From an uncultured cyanobacterium (GTDB lineage Bacteria; Cyanobacteriota; Cyanobacteriia; PCC-9006; JAAUQQ01): a stretch of 64,000 nt of DNA. The notes under the pieces are model-generated. The model saw only the letters and a program-made list of their open reading frames with translations, had not been told where the DNA came from and searched no databases. The position numbers were made by a program, and so were the translations under genes. The stretch covers positions 5,408,001 through 5,472,000 of the forward strand of contig OY970368.1 in NCBI GenBank assembly GCA_963718615.1, read 5' to 3'. This document shows, in pieces, positions 48,718-58,506 of the stretch (positions are counted from its first letter, which is position 1; the number at the start of each line of letters is the position of its first letter).

Positions 48718-48939
48718 GTTTAGTTACGTAATACTTTGCGATCGCCAGTCGTTGCGCCCATAACCCTATGCTAAAGCCTGTTTAGCCAAGCATTTCCCTA
48801 CCTTAAAATTGCGAATCGCCGATGGTCATATAGACATCGGCGAAGCAGTTTGCTCAGGTAAAGAGGCTGTCTAGTGCAAACTAGTCACAGAGAGATCACA
48901 GAGAGAACTGGGCCGCTAGACCTAGTTCTGATCAATGTG

Positions 48940-49413
48940 CTAGAGGATTTCACCAGCCGTTGCGTCTTCTTTTAACTCCCGCTTAAACAGGGTGAGCAAA
49001 GAGGGGGTGGCAAAGAAGCCAAAGTAAATCCCCAGTATGCCAGTGATGCCGTGGAGCACCACATCGGCTCCATAGAGGGGAAACAGCCCGAAGAAGGTGT
49101 TAGCTACTGGCACCAGCCCTAAAACAGCTAGGGTAGTGTAATAAATGCCCAGCTGCCCCGAAAACAGACGAGCACTATCGAGGGAAACAGCCGTTGCAAT
49201 ACCTAGCAGCCCCGTGACAATGTGGATGATGTTGTGAGGAGTATTAACCGGAAACAGCCCCATCAAATACCCAAATCCAGACACGACCCCTACCTTGGCC
49301 ATGTAGGGAGGCACAGCATCAGGCTGAGTAACTAGGGCAGGAATAAAACCCATTAGACCCATGACCAAATAAGCTACGCCGATCACCAGCGCAAATTTGC
49401 GTGCAGTTTTCAT
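48940..49413 (-). CDS. DUF4383 membrane protein
   Basis: 'GLMGFIP...GYLMGLFPVNTPHNIIH...FGLFPLYGADVVLH'. Confidence 0.85.
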   Translation of the reverse strand: MKTARKFALVIGVAYLVMGLMGFIPALVTQPDAVPPYMAKVGVVSGFGYLMGLFPVNTPHNIIHIVTGLLGIATAVSLDSARLFSGQLGIYYTTLAVLGLVPVANTFFGLFPLYGADVVLHGITGILGIYFGFFATPSLLTLFKRELKEDATAGEIL

Positions 49414-50033
49414 AATGATGTGAGAGTAACAATAGAGAACTATGCCTGTTTCTAGGGTTCGAGTAGTCTTTAGAGCTACCCTTTAGAGTTACCTTGGAAA
49501 AAGACTAAACACTTAAAACTGTAGTGCCCCAAATGGGGGCAGACCTCTTTCAATAGGCAGAGTCTAAGCTAAGTCGATGGGCTACAAGTTAGTCTTGTTT
49601 GCTTGCTTCCCTGCCCCGGAAACAGAGGGTTGTTTCGAGCAGTAAGCGAGTTTGAAAAATATCGGACTGATAGCGATCGCACCAGATTTGAATAAAGTCA
49701 TACCCCTCCAGCAGCAGCAATAGCTGGGGTCGTCATGAGCGGTCTGGGCACCATTTCTGAATTTCCTAAAAGCTAAATTAGAGTTGGCTGTAATTTTTAA
49801 AGCATTGATAAGGAGTAATTTCGTCTGTCAGAAGGGGCATTCAGCAGTAATCATTCACCTTCGATAGCCGTAGACCTCGGTGTTAGCGAAGATCATGTCT
49901 ATCTATTTACAGATCTGCGGTTATTGCGATTGACCGAAGGCATTTTGCTGAGAGCTGGTGAGGATGATACCAGTGGGCTGTGGCCAGTTTCCATGGTTCC
50001 CATTTGCTGTATACCTTCATCGGAGGAGGTTTT

Positions 50034-50630
50034 ATGAGAACTACCGATACTCAAACGCGATATCACCGGGCTGTGGGTCTGTTTACGACTCGCAAGGAAG
50101 CAGAAGCTGCCTTACACCGCCTCCGGGATACCAGCTTTGATATGGATCACATTTCTATCGTGGCCAAATCTGGAGAGAAATTGAGAGATTTAGATAGTAA
50201 TAACGTCTCTCAAAGGGGCGATGCAAAAAGGAGCGATGCCGAGCAGGCTAAAGACGGTGCTGGTGCCGGTGCTACCACAGGTGCCGTAGCCGGTGGTGTG
50301 GTTGGCTTAATTGGTAGCCTGGGCGTGTTAGCTATTCCTGGTGTGGGGGCAGCGGCAGAGGTAGGTTTTCTGCTGGGCAACACTCTACTGGGTAGTGGCA
50401 TTGGTGCCGTTGGCGGTGGCTTAGTTGGTGCTCTGATAGGCTGGGGAGTCCCAGAAGACGAAGCTAACTACTACAACGACAAGGTTTATAACGAGGACAA
50501 CTACCTGGTTATGGTAGAAGGCACCGAAGACGAAATTCGAGCCGCTGAAACTGTGCTGCGGGAACAGGGCATTCGCGACTGGGGGATTTATGGCTCGACG
50601 ACAACCCCCACCCTTGCCCATCGCTTCTAG
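50034..50630 (+). CDS. General stress protein (YflT-like, glycine zipper)
   Basis: 'RAVGLF...AEAALHRL...ISIVAK', Gly-zipper, 'GALIGWGVPEDEANYY'; GGAGG RBS. Confidence 0.85.
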   Translation: MRTTDTQTRYHRAVGLFTTRKEAEAALHRLRDTSFDMDHISIVAKSGEKLRDLDSNNVSQRGDAKRSDAEQAKDGAGAGATTGAVAGGVVGLIGSLGVLAIPGVGAAAEVGFLLGNTLLGSGIGAVGGGLVGALIGWGVPEDEANYYNDKVYNEDNYLVMVEGTEDEIRAAETVLREQGIRDWGIYGSTTTPTLAHRF

Positions 50631-50945
50631 CCCCATCAGGTTTGTCTGTTAGCAAGGGGTCTTTGGGGCGGCAACTCAGCGTTTACCACGTCGCAGTCAC
50701 GATTGATGATAGGGCAGTCAAACCAGCCGAGATCACCGCCGCCCCAAGCATCTCGACTTTTTAAGATCTTTTAAAGAGAAGTTCTCAAAAGTAGTGAATA
50801 GATCTTGGTCAAAAACCTGCTGTGCAGGAGCCATGACTCTGGTTGTCTGACCTGTACCGGGTGATGGTGGCTGTTAGGTTCTGTTCTGGGGGCGCAGTAT
50901 CTATAAGTTTGCAGTGTTTTTCCATGCTCGCTGGAGCCATCTTTC

Positions 50946-51214
50946 ATGCAATTCGATCAGTCTAACCGGCCAGAAATATCCTCCAAGCTCGTATCAATTC
51001 TGCTAATTATTATTAGCGTCATTTTAGTAATACATGCGCTAAAACTATCGCGCCCTGTGACCATGCCGCTGGCGTTTGCCTTTTTTATCGCGGTCCTGAT
51101 TAATCCTGTACAGGCCTGGTTAGAGCGCCGATGACAGCGGCGATCGTGCTGTTTACCAACGAGTTTAAGACTAGCCGCCCGATCGCCATCATGCTCGGCA
51201 ATTCGGAACCTTAA
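50946..51214 (+). pseudogene. Internally deleted AI-2E family transporter
   Basis: N-terminal '...VTMPLAFAFFIAVLINPVQAWLERR*' abuts an out-of-frame C-terminus 'MTAAIVLFTNEFKTSRPIAIMLG'. Confidence 0.72.
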
Positions 51215-51334
51215 TATCGGTTTTGGCGGCCTCGGGCAATAAGTAAGCTGCCCCAGGTACTGAGCGGTAGGAATGGAGCGGAACCCAGCCCCAGAAACAG
51301 CCCCAGGAGGAGTCTTCCCAGGCGTTGCGTAATT

Positions 51335-51438
51335 CGTAATTGTCATTAAGGGATGACTCAGAGGAAAAAGAGCAATGGAATGTCCAGAATGTCAGTCCAC
51401 TCACTTCCGTAGAAATGGGAAGCGACGCGGTAAGCAGA
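51335..51438 (+). mobile_element. IS1-family left-end remnant
   Basis: Degenerate (c)GTAAT end, then 'MECPECQSTHFRRNGKRRGKQ' InsA zinc-finger start, truncated at glk 3' end. Confidence 0.7.
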
Positions 51439-52506
51439 CTAACCCACCAAACTCCCCGCATACAACGCCGCCCCAATCAACCCCACCTGCCGATTCAAAA
51501 TCACATGGACCGGCATCCGCTGCATTAAGGGTTCCATTCTGCCCTTATCCCAAAATGCCTGCAAAAATGAACCCGAAGCAAGGCGTTCGGTGTTCTTCGC
51601 GGCGATGCCCCCAGCAATATAAACCCCGCCAAAAGAAAGCAGCTTCAGCGCCAAATTTCCAGCTTCAGCTCCGTAGGCTTCCATAAAATGATTCATGGCC
51701 CGATCGCATAATTCATTTGAGTCCGCCGTCTGGGCGATCGCTGCCCCCGGATCCGCCAAGTCTGCACTGTAATCCGCCGCCGTTTCCCAAGCTCGCACCA
51801 CCGCCGCCACCGCCGGATCTTCTGCTAAATTCTCCTCATCCCGCAAAAACTGATAGAACGCCAAAATACCCTGGCCCGAAACGATGCGTTCGACGGAGAT
51901 ATGGGTGAGCGATCGCTGTCGCTGCAAATATTCCAATAGCCGAAACTCCAAGGCCGTGCGCGGCGCAAAATCCCCATGGCCCCCTTCCGTCGCAAACACG
52001 CGAGCATGGGACTGATCCGCATCGGGAATCAAAAAACATTGTCCCAAACCTGTTCCGGCCCCGAGCACCGCAATGGGAGCCCGACGATCCACTTCGCCGG
52101 TTTGCAAGGTTTTCAGATCCTCTGGCCCCAGTCCTGGGATGCCATAGCCAACAGCTGCAAAATCATTGATGAGCTGAACGAGGGGAATTTCTAGAGATTT
52201 AGCGAGGCGATCGCCCTCCAATTGCCAGTTTAAATTGGTGAGATGAGAGGTGTTTTCAACCACGGGACCGGCGATCGCAAAACAAGCCGCTTGAATCTCT
52301 CTGGTTTTTGTCGTCTGAGCCTGTGCCTCCGCCCAAAATTCCTCTACCATCGGCACCAGATCCCCATAGGACTGGCTTGGATACTCCTTCTCATACAACA
52401 AGGTCTGGGTCAAAAATTTTCCCTGAAGCTTAGGCTTTACCGACGTCTCGACCCAACGCAAAATCGTTTTGGTGCCTCCAATATCGCCCGCCAGTAGTTG
52501 AACCAT
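51439..52506 (-). CDS. glk: Glucokinase
   Basis: 'LAGDIGGTKT', 'AIAGPV', 'INDFAA', 'GAGTGLG', 'TEGGHGDF', 'GGVYIAGGIA'. Confidence 0.95.
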   Translation of the reverse strand: MVQLLAGDIGGTKTILRWVETSVKPKLQGKFLTQTLLYEKEYPSQSYGDLVPMVEEFWAEAQAQTTKTREIQAACFAIAGPVVENTSHLTNLNWQLEGDRLAKSLEIPLVQLINDFAAVGYGIPGLGPEDLKTLQTGEVDRRAPIAVLGAGTGLGQCFLIPDADQSHARVFATEGGHGDFAPRTALEFRLLEYLQRQRSLTHISVERIVSGQGILAFYQFLRDEENLAEDPAVAAVVRAWETAADYSADLADPGAAIAQTADSNELCDRAMNHFMEAYGAEAGNLALKLLSFGGVYIAGGIAAKNTERLASGSFLQAFWDKGRMEPLMQRMPVHVILNRQVGLIGAALYAGSLVG

Positions 52507-52600
52507 GATTCCTCGTGCTTGCTCTCCGCAGACAAATTTCCTATATCCAGTCTGCCAGAGCCTGACGACGGGGAAATCGACGTGTATACTATTTCATTAC

Positions 52601-52674
52601 CGGGATGTAGCGCAGCTTGGTAGCGCGCCTGCTTTGGGAGCAGGATGCCGCAGGTTCGAATCCTGTCATCCCGA
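52601..52674 (+). tRNA. tRNA-Pro(TGG)
   Basis: CGGGATG/CATCCCG acceptor stem, anticodon arm CCTGC-TTTGGGA-GCAGG, GGTTCGAATCC T-arm; CCA not encoded. Confidence 0.97.
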
Positions 52675-52932
52675 CTGGTCATCTACACCGCCCTTGAGGG
52701 GCGATCCATCGGAGCGGGAGCAGGGAACTGTTCCCTCTTCGTTTTTTTTCTTTCATAGAGTTATAACTGACAAGACCCCCAACCGATTGGGCTTGCCGAC
52801 TTGGCTGACCGGTAACTTGGCTTACCGGCAATGGAACCAATACGGTGGTGAGCCAGTCCCCATAGGAGGATGATCTTGCACATTCGTTCACTCATGCCCT
52901 TAACCCAGGCTCAGTTGCCGGGAGCTGCTTCC

Positions 52933-53715
52933 ATGACTAAAATTCGTCGTCTGACTACCGCCCTTGGCCTAGCCGGAGGCATGACGCTGGCATCTTTTCT
53001 GGCAGTGGTGGCTCCAGCGATGGCTTTGACCCCCGAAGAAGTCGCCCGTAAACTCAACAATATTCCAGTTTTTACCCTCTTCAATCCGGAACTGAAAAAG
53101 TTTGCAGTAGCTTCGCTAAATGTAGATGGTAAATCCTTAGCCCTGGTGCCAAGCTATGTCGATCGGGGCGACGCGGAACGGTTGTTGCAGGAGCAGCAAC
53201 GCAGCAATGCGGAAGCGGCCAAGAAGGTTGAAATCAAAGCCATTCCGCTGTCGCTGATTTATCTCGAAACCCAATCGAAGAAGACTACCCCTAACGAACC
53301 GACGTTCCAAGTGGTTCCCGACGAAGATGAAATTAAGATCGCAGTTAAAATGCGGGCTGCGGATGGCGCAACGGAACAAAACTGGCGTGGCATTCCCCTA
53401 TTTTATGCCCCGAATCTAGGCATTACGCTGCCCACCCAAGAGGGCAATAGCCCTGGGCGATCGATTTTGCCGATGTACTTTAGCCGCTCCGATATCGAAA
53501 GCTACATTGCTGAAGCCAAGAAGGGCAATCCCCAACTGGCGAAGTCGGACATTCCTATCCAGGTCACCACCTTGGACAAAGTGCTGGAAACCCTCTTGAG
53601 CAATAACGATCCGGCGCTGTCCCAGGTGGAATTTGTGCCCCCTCGGGCGAGCTTGGAGTACATCATGCGTCAGCGGCAAAATGCTCAACCCAAAGCCCAA
53701 CCTAAGCAGCAGTAG
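52933..53715 (+). CDS. Tic22-family periplasmic chaperone
   Basis: Signal peptide, 'ALTPEEVARKLNNIPVFT', 'GIPLF', 'PMYFSRSD', 'IQVTTL'; conserved position before prmC. Confidence 0.82.
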   Translation: MTKIRRLTTALGLAGGMTLASFLAVVAPAMALTPEEVARKLNNIPVFTLFNPELKKFAVASLNVDGKSLALVPSYVDRGDAERLLQEQQRSNAEAAKKVEIKAIPLSLIYLETQSKKTTPNEPTFQVVPDEDEIKIAVKMRAADGATEQNWRGIPLFYAPNLGITLPTQEGNSPGRSILPMYFSRSDIESYIAEAKKGNPQLAKSDIPIQVTTLDKVLETLLSNNDPALSQVEFVPPRASLEYIMRQRQNAQPKAQPKQQ

Positions 53716-54643
53716 GACCAACCCCACTACCGTCACGGGGCGAGCCCTGCGGCAGTGGCGCGAGCGGGCGATCGCCCAAGCCACCACCGCCACCCTCGAT
53801 CCCCAGGAAGTGGACTGGCTGCTGCGGGAACTCGCCCAGGTCGACCGGTTGCAGCTACGGTGGGTTGAAGATGAAGAGCCGATCGCCATGGCCACCGCTT
53901 TGGAGCACCTCGATCGCCTTTGGGAAAAACGCCTGGGCGATCGCACTCCCCTGCAATACTTGGTTGGCCATACCCCTTGGCGGGAGTTTCAGCTTCAGGT
54001 AGGGCCGGGGGTTTTAATTCCGCGCCCAGAAACGGAGTTGTTAATTGATCTGGTTGGGGAACGGTTTGGGCCAGAAACCACGGGCAATTGGGCGGATTTG
54101 GGGACGGGGACGGGGGCGATCGCCCTAGGGCTGGCGGTTATGCTGCCCGAGATTCAGGTTCATGCGGTGGACTGTAGCCCGGAGGCACTGGCGATCGCCC
54201 GTGCAAACTTTGAACGCTATGCCGTGACGGCTGCCAGGACGAATGTCGTACCTAGGGTATTGCGCGATCGAGTTCGATTCTATCAAGGCGACTGGTTTGA
54301 ACCCTTGGAGGCGCTGCGCGGCCAGATCCAAGGCATGATTTCTAACCCACCCTACATTCCCCAGGATCTTCTACCGATGCTGCAACCGGAGGTCTATCGC
54401 CATGAACCCCATTTAGCCCTGGATGGGGGAGCCGATGGACTGGACAGCCTGCGGCATTTGGTGAATGCGGGGGCTGAGTTTCTAGCGCCGGGTGGATTTT
54501 GGGCTGTGGAACTGATGGCCGGGCAAGCGCCCCAGGTCGAAGCGTTACTGCATTCGCAGGGACAATACGAAGGCATCGAGCGGATGCAAGACTTGGCGGG
54601 GATTGAACGGTTCGTCGTGGCCTATCGTCGGTTGGCCCCGTAG
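53681..54643 (+). CDS. prmC: Release factor glutamine methyltransferase
   Basis: 'PLQYLVG', 'VLIPRPETE', 'DLGTGTGAIA', 'SNPPY', 'EPHLALDGGADGL'; start uncertain. Confidence 0.95.
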   Translation: MLNPKPNLSSSRTNPTTVTGRALRQWRERAIAQATTATLDPQEVDWLLRELAQVDRLQLRWVEDEEPIAMATALEHLDRLWEKRLGDRTPLQYLVGHTPWREFQLQVGPGVLIPRPETELLIDLVGERFGPETTGNWADLGTGTGAIALGLAVMLPEIQVHAVDCSPEALAIARANFERYAVTAARTNVVPRVLRDRVRFYQGDWFEPLEALRGQIQGMISNPPYIPQDLLPMLQPEVYRHEPHLALDGGADGLDSLRHLVNAGAEFLAPGGFWAVELMAGQAPQVEALLHSQGQYEGIERMQDLAGIERFVVAYRRLAP

Positions 54644-54701
54644 CCGGAACCAGTATTATTTTGATTGCGATGTTATTTGATGGCGAGATTATTTTGATGG
54701 C

Positions 54702-55367
54702 ATGGTTGTTCGCTACACCTCCCTCCCTGACTTGATTGCAGCGGCGATCGCCGGAACGGTCGTCAGTTTTCCCACCGATACGCTCCCGGCCCTGGCGGTC
54801 CGGCCTGAGCAAGCCGCCAAACTTTACAGGCTGAAGGGACGATCGGAAACCAAACCGTTGATTTTGATGGCGGCCCAAGCCGAAGCACTCTGGCCCTATA
54901 TTGCTCAGAATGATCCAGGCTTTGAGACTTGGCTGGCCCTAGCCCAAACTCACTGGCCCGGAGCCTTGACCCTGGTTCTACCCGCCAGCGGTCAACATCC
55001 CAGCTCCATGACGCCAGCGGATGCCAGCACCCTCGGCATTCGGGTGCCTAACTGTGCGATCGCCCGCGAAATCCTAGCCGCAACGGGTCCTTTGGCCACG
55101 ACCAGCGCGAACCGCTCGGGAGAAGCGGCCCTGGTGACACCGGCGGCGATCGCCCAAACCTTCCCAACCGTGGCCGTGCTTGCTCCTGAAGCGAGAGCCC
55201 GTGAGCTAGAACACCCATGCGCCACCCAAGACCCAAATCAAGACCGAAGCCAAGACCTAAACCCACCCCAAGCCTCTACCGTAGTCCGTTGGATTCACCC
55301 GGCAGCGGCACAGACCCCAACAGGCTCTTGGGAAATTTTGCGCCAAGGCACCGTCGAGATCTTCTGA
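54702..55367 (+). CDS. tsaC: L-threonylcarbamoyladenylate synthase
   Basis: 'FPTDT', 'KGRSETKPL', 'WPGALT', 'GIRVP', 'TTSANRSG'. Confidence 0.92.
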   Translation: MVVRYTSLPDLIAAAIAGTVVSFPTDTLPALAVRPEQAAKLYRLKGRSETKPLILMAAQAEALWPYIAQNDPGFETWLALAQTHWPGALTLVLPASGQHPSSMTPADASTLGIRVPNCAIAREILAATGPLATTSANRSGEAALVTPAAIAQTFPTVAVLAPEARARELEHPCATQDPNQDRSQDLNPPQASTVVRWIHPAAAQTPTGSWEILRQGTVEIF

Positions 55368-55390
55368 TCCTCTACATCTAACTGATTTAA

Positions 55391-55912
55391 TTATTCTGAA
55401 ATCGTTAACCGATAGGCTCCCCGATTTCCCGGCTCCATCGTCCCGACCCAAACCTTATACCGAGACGGTTTCCAATCCTTGGCAACAAGCTGAGCATCCA
55501 AATTGACCGAATCTGTATCATCCCCGCAGAGAAAACCATCCGGGCCTTGGACCATCAGCGTTGTATCCTTGCCACCGCTATCCACCTGGAGCGTCAGCGT
55601 TTGAAACGGAGCCTCCAACACCAGAATGTGATCCGGGCGCGAATCGCCATAGCCCAGACAGGCATTGCCCTCGCGATCGCGATTACTCAAGGCCGAAAGC
55701 GAATAGGACCCCCCGGTATAGCCACTCACCGACCCGGTTTCCGGCGAAAAGCCTGGGCTGAGGGAACGGGTTTCAAAATTGGCCTCTTGGGCGATCGCCC
55801 GCGTTCCCCCCAAGGCCAAAAATACCGAAAAACTGACGCCTAGAAGCTTTCTAGTACTCGGTCGGACCCAGCCCAGCCCTCGTTGATGCTGCATCTGCGG
55901 TTGATTGGACAT
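55391..55912 (-). CDS. Exported hypothetical protein (PPC-like fold)
   Basis: Signal peptide; 'LSPGF.P', 'CLGYG...PDHIL', 'DTTLMVQGP...CGDD', 'YKVWVG'. Confidence 0.75.
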   Translation of the reverse strand: MSNQPQMQHQRGLGWVRPSTRKLLGVSFSVFLALGGTRAIAQEANFETRSLSPGFSPETGSVSGYTGGSYSLSALSNRDREGNACLGYGDSRPDHILVLEAPFQTLTLQVDSGGKDTTLMVQGPDGFLCGDDTDSVNLDAQLVAKDWKPSRYKVWVGTMEPGNRGAYRLTISE

Positions 55913-56147
55913 CCTGCAATTCCTCCCCATCCATAAATTTGTTGACGCTGAGGCTTGGATTTCGTTCCATCGGAAAACACGTTTGCTGGGCTCTTCCTCA
56001 GTTTGCTATATTGCGGCAGGCTCGGGTCATAATTGAGGCGAGCTACCCCCAGGAATTCACCGACCGTAGGCATTCACCCACTATCCCCTTCATTCTAGTA
56101 TTCCAAATTTTTTAGCCATCCTCCATCCCGTTAGGAGTTCTAACGCC

Positions 56148-56495
56148 ATGATCGCTTCTCTCCCAACCCCGCTCATTGACTGGGCAGCACTCCATTGCCT
56201 CTCCGATGGTGACAAGGAATTTGAAGCCAGTTTACTTCAGCTCTTTGTTGACGATACGCGATCGCACCTCACCGCGCTGCAAACGGCTCTCCAGGAGCAC
56301 AATCTCGATGGCGTTCGCCGCCTTGCCCATCACCTCAAGGGCTCCTCCGCCAATGTGGGCGCAATGGGTCTGTCGCAGTTGGCCGCAACCCTAGAACAAG
56401 ACGCCCGTGAAGAACGGCTACACAATGGTCCCACTCTTTTTCAGCAAATGGAGGCCCTGTTTGAGCAAATTCAGACCCTCTGTTTGGCACAATAA
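56148..56495 (+). CDS. Hpt phosphotransfer domain protein
   Basis: 'AHHLKGSSANVGA'. Confidence 0.9.
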   Translation: MIASLPTPLIDWAALHCLSDGDKEFEASLLQLFVDDTRSHLTALQTALQEHNLDGVRRLAHHLKGSSANVGAMGLSQLAATLEQDAREERLHNGPTLFQQMEALFEQIQTLCLAQ

Positions 56496-56498
56496 AGC

Positions 56499-57809
56499 TT
56501 GAATTGGACTTCCCCAACTGCCTTGAGCGCTTCTCTCTCTCCCCAAGACCTCCGACGGCATCTAGATGGCCTGTTGCTCTATCAACAGGTTCTAGAAACC
56601 CCTGTTCTCAAAGCGTTTCTTGACCTCCTAGAGCTGTTGAGTACCGATGGCGATGCCCCAGCGATTCAGCAGGCCTATGGGATATGGTTTCGGCAGTTGG
56701 CGATCGCCCAGCAACGCTGGCCTGATATCATCCTCGCCACGGTTTTACTCGACGATAATCCCTTTTCCCGCCAGGTCCAGCACCATCCCCTCGCTCAGTT
56801 GCCCCTGGCGCTAGTTCAAGCCGCCCAAGCGGATCTGCATTGCCTGGAACAGCTCTACCACTGCACCTGTCTTCGCATCTGCCAATGGGTTCAGCAAGCC
56901 GCCCGACTGGAAACCGCCCCCATCCCCTGGGACGTCACCCACGCCACCTTTGACCCGGCCTTTTTTGGCGACTGGGCACACAATCTAGAAGCCTTTGCCA
57001 CCCACTATCGCCAACAGGGCACGGGGCTGTTTGGTCGCTATCGAGCCTTGCGCTGGGTCCAGGGCGAACTCCTGGGTATTGAGCATCCCGATCCGGTGCA
57101 GCTCGACGACCTCGTGGGCTATGAAGACCAGAAGCGATCGCTCCTGCAAAACACCGAACGACTGCTCCAAGGACTCCCGGCGCTGAATGTCCTGCTCTAT
57201 GGCAGCCGGGGCGCAGGCAAATCTTCCCTGGTGAAAGCCCAGCTCAATACCTATAGCGATCGCGGTCTACGGCTGATCGAAGTGGCCAAGGCCGAGCTGC
57301 TCCATCTCCCGGCAATCGTCGAGCAACTGCGGGCCGTGCCGCAAACGTTTATTTTATTTGTCGATGACCTGTCCTTTGAGGAGGACGATGATGCCTTCAA
57401 GGCGCTGAAAGTGGTGCTGGAGGGGGGGGCGATCGCCCGACCGGCCAATGTCGTGGTTTATGCCACCTCGAATCGTCGTCACTTGATCCGTGAATTCCAC
57501 GATGAACGGCCCCGACCTCGGGATGCGGATGAGGTGCATCAGTGGGATACGGTCCAGGAGAAATTATCCTTTAGCGATCGCTTTGGGTTAACCCTGACGT
57601 TTGAACCCGCCAACCAAGAGACGTTCTTGGCGATCGTTCGTCATCTCGTCCAGCAAGCCAATGTGGAGATTGCGCCAGCGGACCTTGACTTTCGGGCACG
57701 ACAGTGGGCCACTCGCCACAATGGCCGCTCGGGTCGAACAGCCCAGCAGTTTGTGGATTGGCTACGGGGAGAGGACACCCAAGCCCCTAGAAACTCAGGA
57801 GAGTCCTAA
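56499..57809 (+). CDS. DUF815 AAA+ ATPase
   Basis: 'GSRGAGKSS', 'FVDDLSFEE', 'YATSNRRHL', 'EKLSFSDRFG', 'GRSGRTAQQF'. Confidence 0.9.
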   Translation: MNWTSPTALSASLSPQDLRRHLDGLLLYQQVLETPVLKAFLDLLELLSTDGDAPAIQQAYGIWFRQLAIAQQRWPDIILATVLLDDNPFSRQVQHHPLAQLPLALVQAAQADLHCLEQLYHCTCLRICQWVQQAARLETAPIPWDVTHATFDPAFFGDWAHNLEAFATHYRQQGTGLFGRYRALRWVQGELLGIEHPDPVQLDDLVGYEDQKRSLLQNTERLLQGLPALNVLLYGSRGAGKSSLVKAQLNTYSDRGLRLIEVAKAELLHLPAIVEQLRAVPQTFILFVDDLSFEEDDDAFKALKVVLEGGAIARPANVVVYATSNRRHLIREFHDERPRPRDADEVHQWDTVQEKLSFSDRFGLTLTFEPANQETFLAIVRHLVQQANVEIAPADLDFRARQWATRHNGRSGRTAQQFVDWLRGEDTQAPRNSGES

Positions 57810-58067
57810 GCAATGATACTGAAACCTACCCTAGCCTCTAAGTAAAATAGCCGATCATACTTGTATTAATTATTTTCCATTTCTGGGTATTAAGCGTCTT
57901 TCAAACAAGAGAAATACTTGATACCGTTAACTCAGCATTTCTACCATTCTCGCAACCCCCATATTGCGGGCTAACTCCGTAACTTCCCAAGGGGCTTTCC
58001 TCATGTCAGGGGCGGATTCGTCTTTAGGCCTAGTGACTCTCAGTTCTCCCGCTCATCGATTCGCTGT

Positions 58068-58487
58068 ATGACACAAGTGACCCTTCTAGGCCTCGTGGCC
58101 GGTGTCATGACGACGGTCTCTTTTTTGCCACAGTTATTTAAGGTGTGGCGTTCAAAATCGGCCAGCGATTTATCGTTCGTCATGCTCTTGATTTTGACAA
58201 TGGGGATTTTCCTCTGGCTTATCTATGGCTTACTGATCCAGGATATTGCGATGATTTTGACTCATTCGGTGAGTCTGATTTTGTCGTCGCTGATTTTGAT
58301 GTGCAAGGTGAAATACCAACGGCAGGAGCGACGACGGCAGCGACAAGCCGCCCAATGGGCACAGCTTCCAGCCTCGGCCCAGGCAGCCCACCGTCCCCAT
58401 AGCTGCACAGTCAGTCCCCCAGTTCGCAGTTCCCAACCTCGTCAAGGAGACGGCGAATCCGCCGTCTCCCTACCCAGAGCCTCCTAA
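58068..58487 (+). CDS. SemiSWEET/PQ-loop transporter with C-terminal extension
   Basis: 'TTVSFLPQLFKVWRSKSASDLS...GIFLWLIYG'. Confidence 0.88.
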   Translation: MTQVTLLGLVAGVMTTVSFLPQLFKVWRSKSASDLSFVMLLILTMGIFLWLIYGLLIQDIAMILTHSVSLILSSLILMCKVKYQRQERRRQRQAAQWAQLPASAQAAHRPHSCTVSPPVRSSQPRQGDGESAVSLPRAS

Positions 58488-58506
58488 ACGGTTTGGACTG
58501 TCTCCC

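Noticed and set aside
51375-51686. 103-aa ORF as a full gene
   Set aside because: Only the first ~21 codons are IS1-like; the rest is antisense to glk
52601-52760. tRNA-Pro as an island integration site
   Set aside because: Flanked by conserved glk and Tic22-prmC-tsaC; I saw no duplicated tRNA 3' end or integrase
53633-53715. Frameshift or fusion between Tic22 and prmC
   Set aside because: An in-frame ATG at 53681 gives a simple 35-bp overlap
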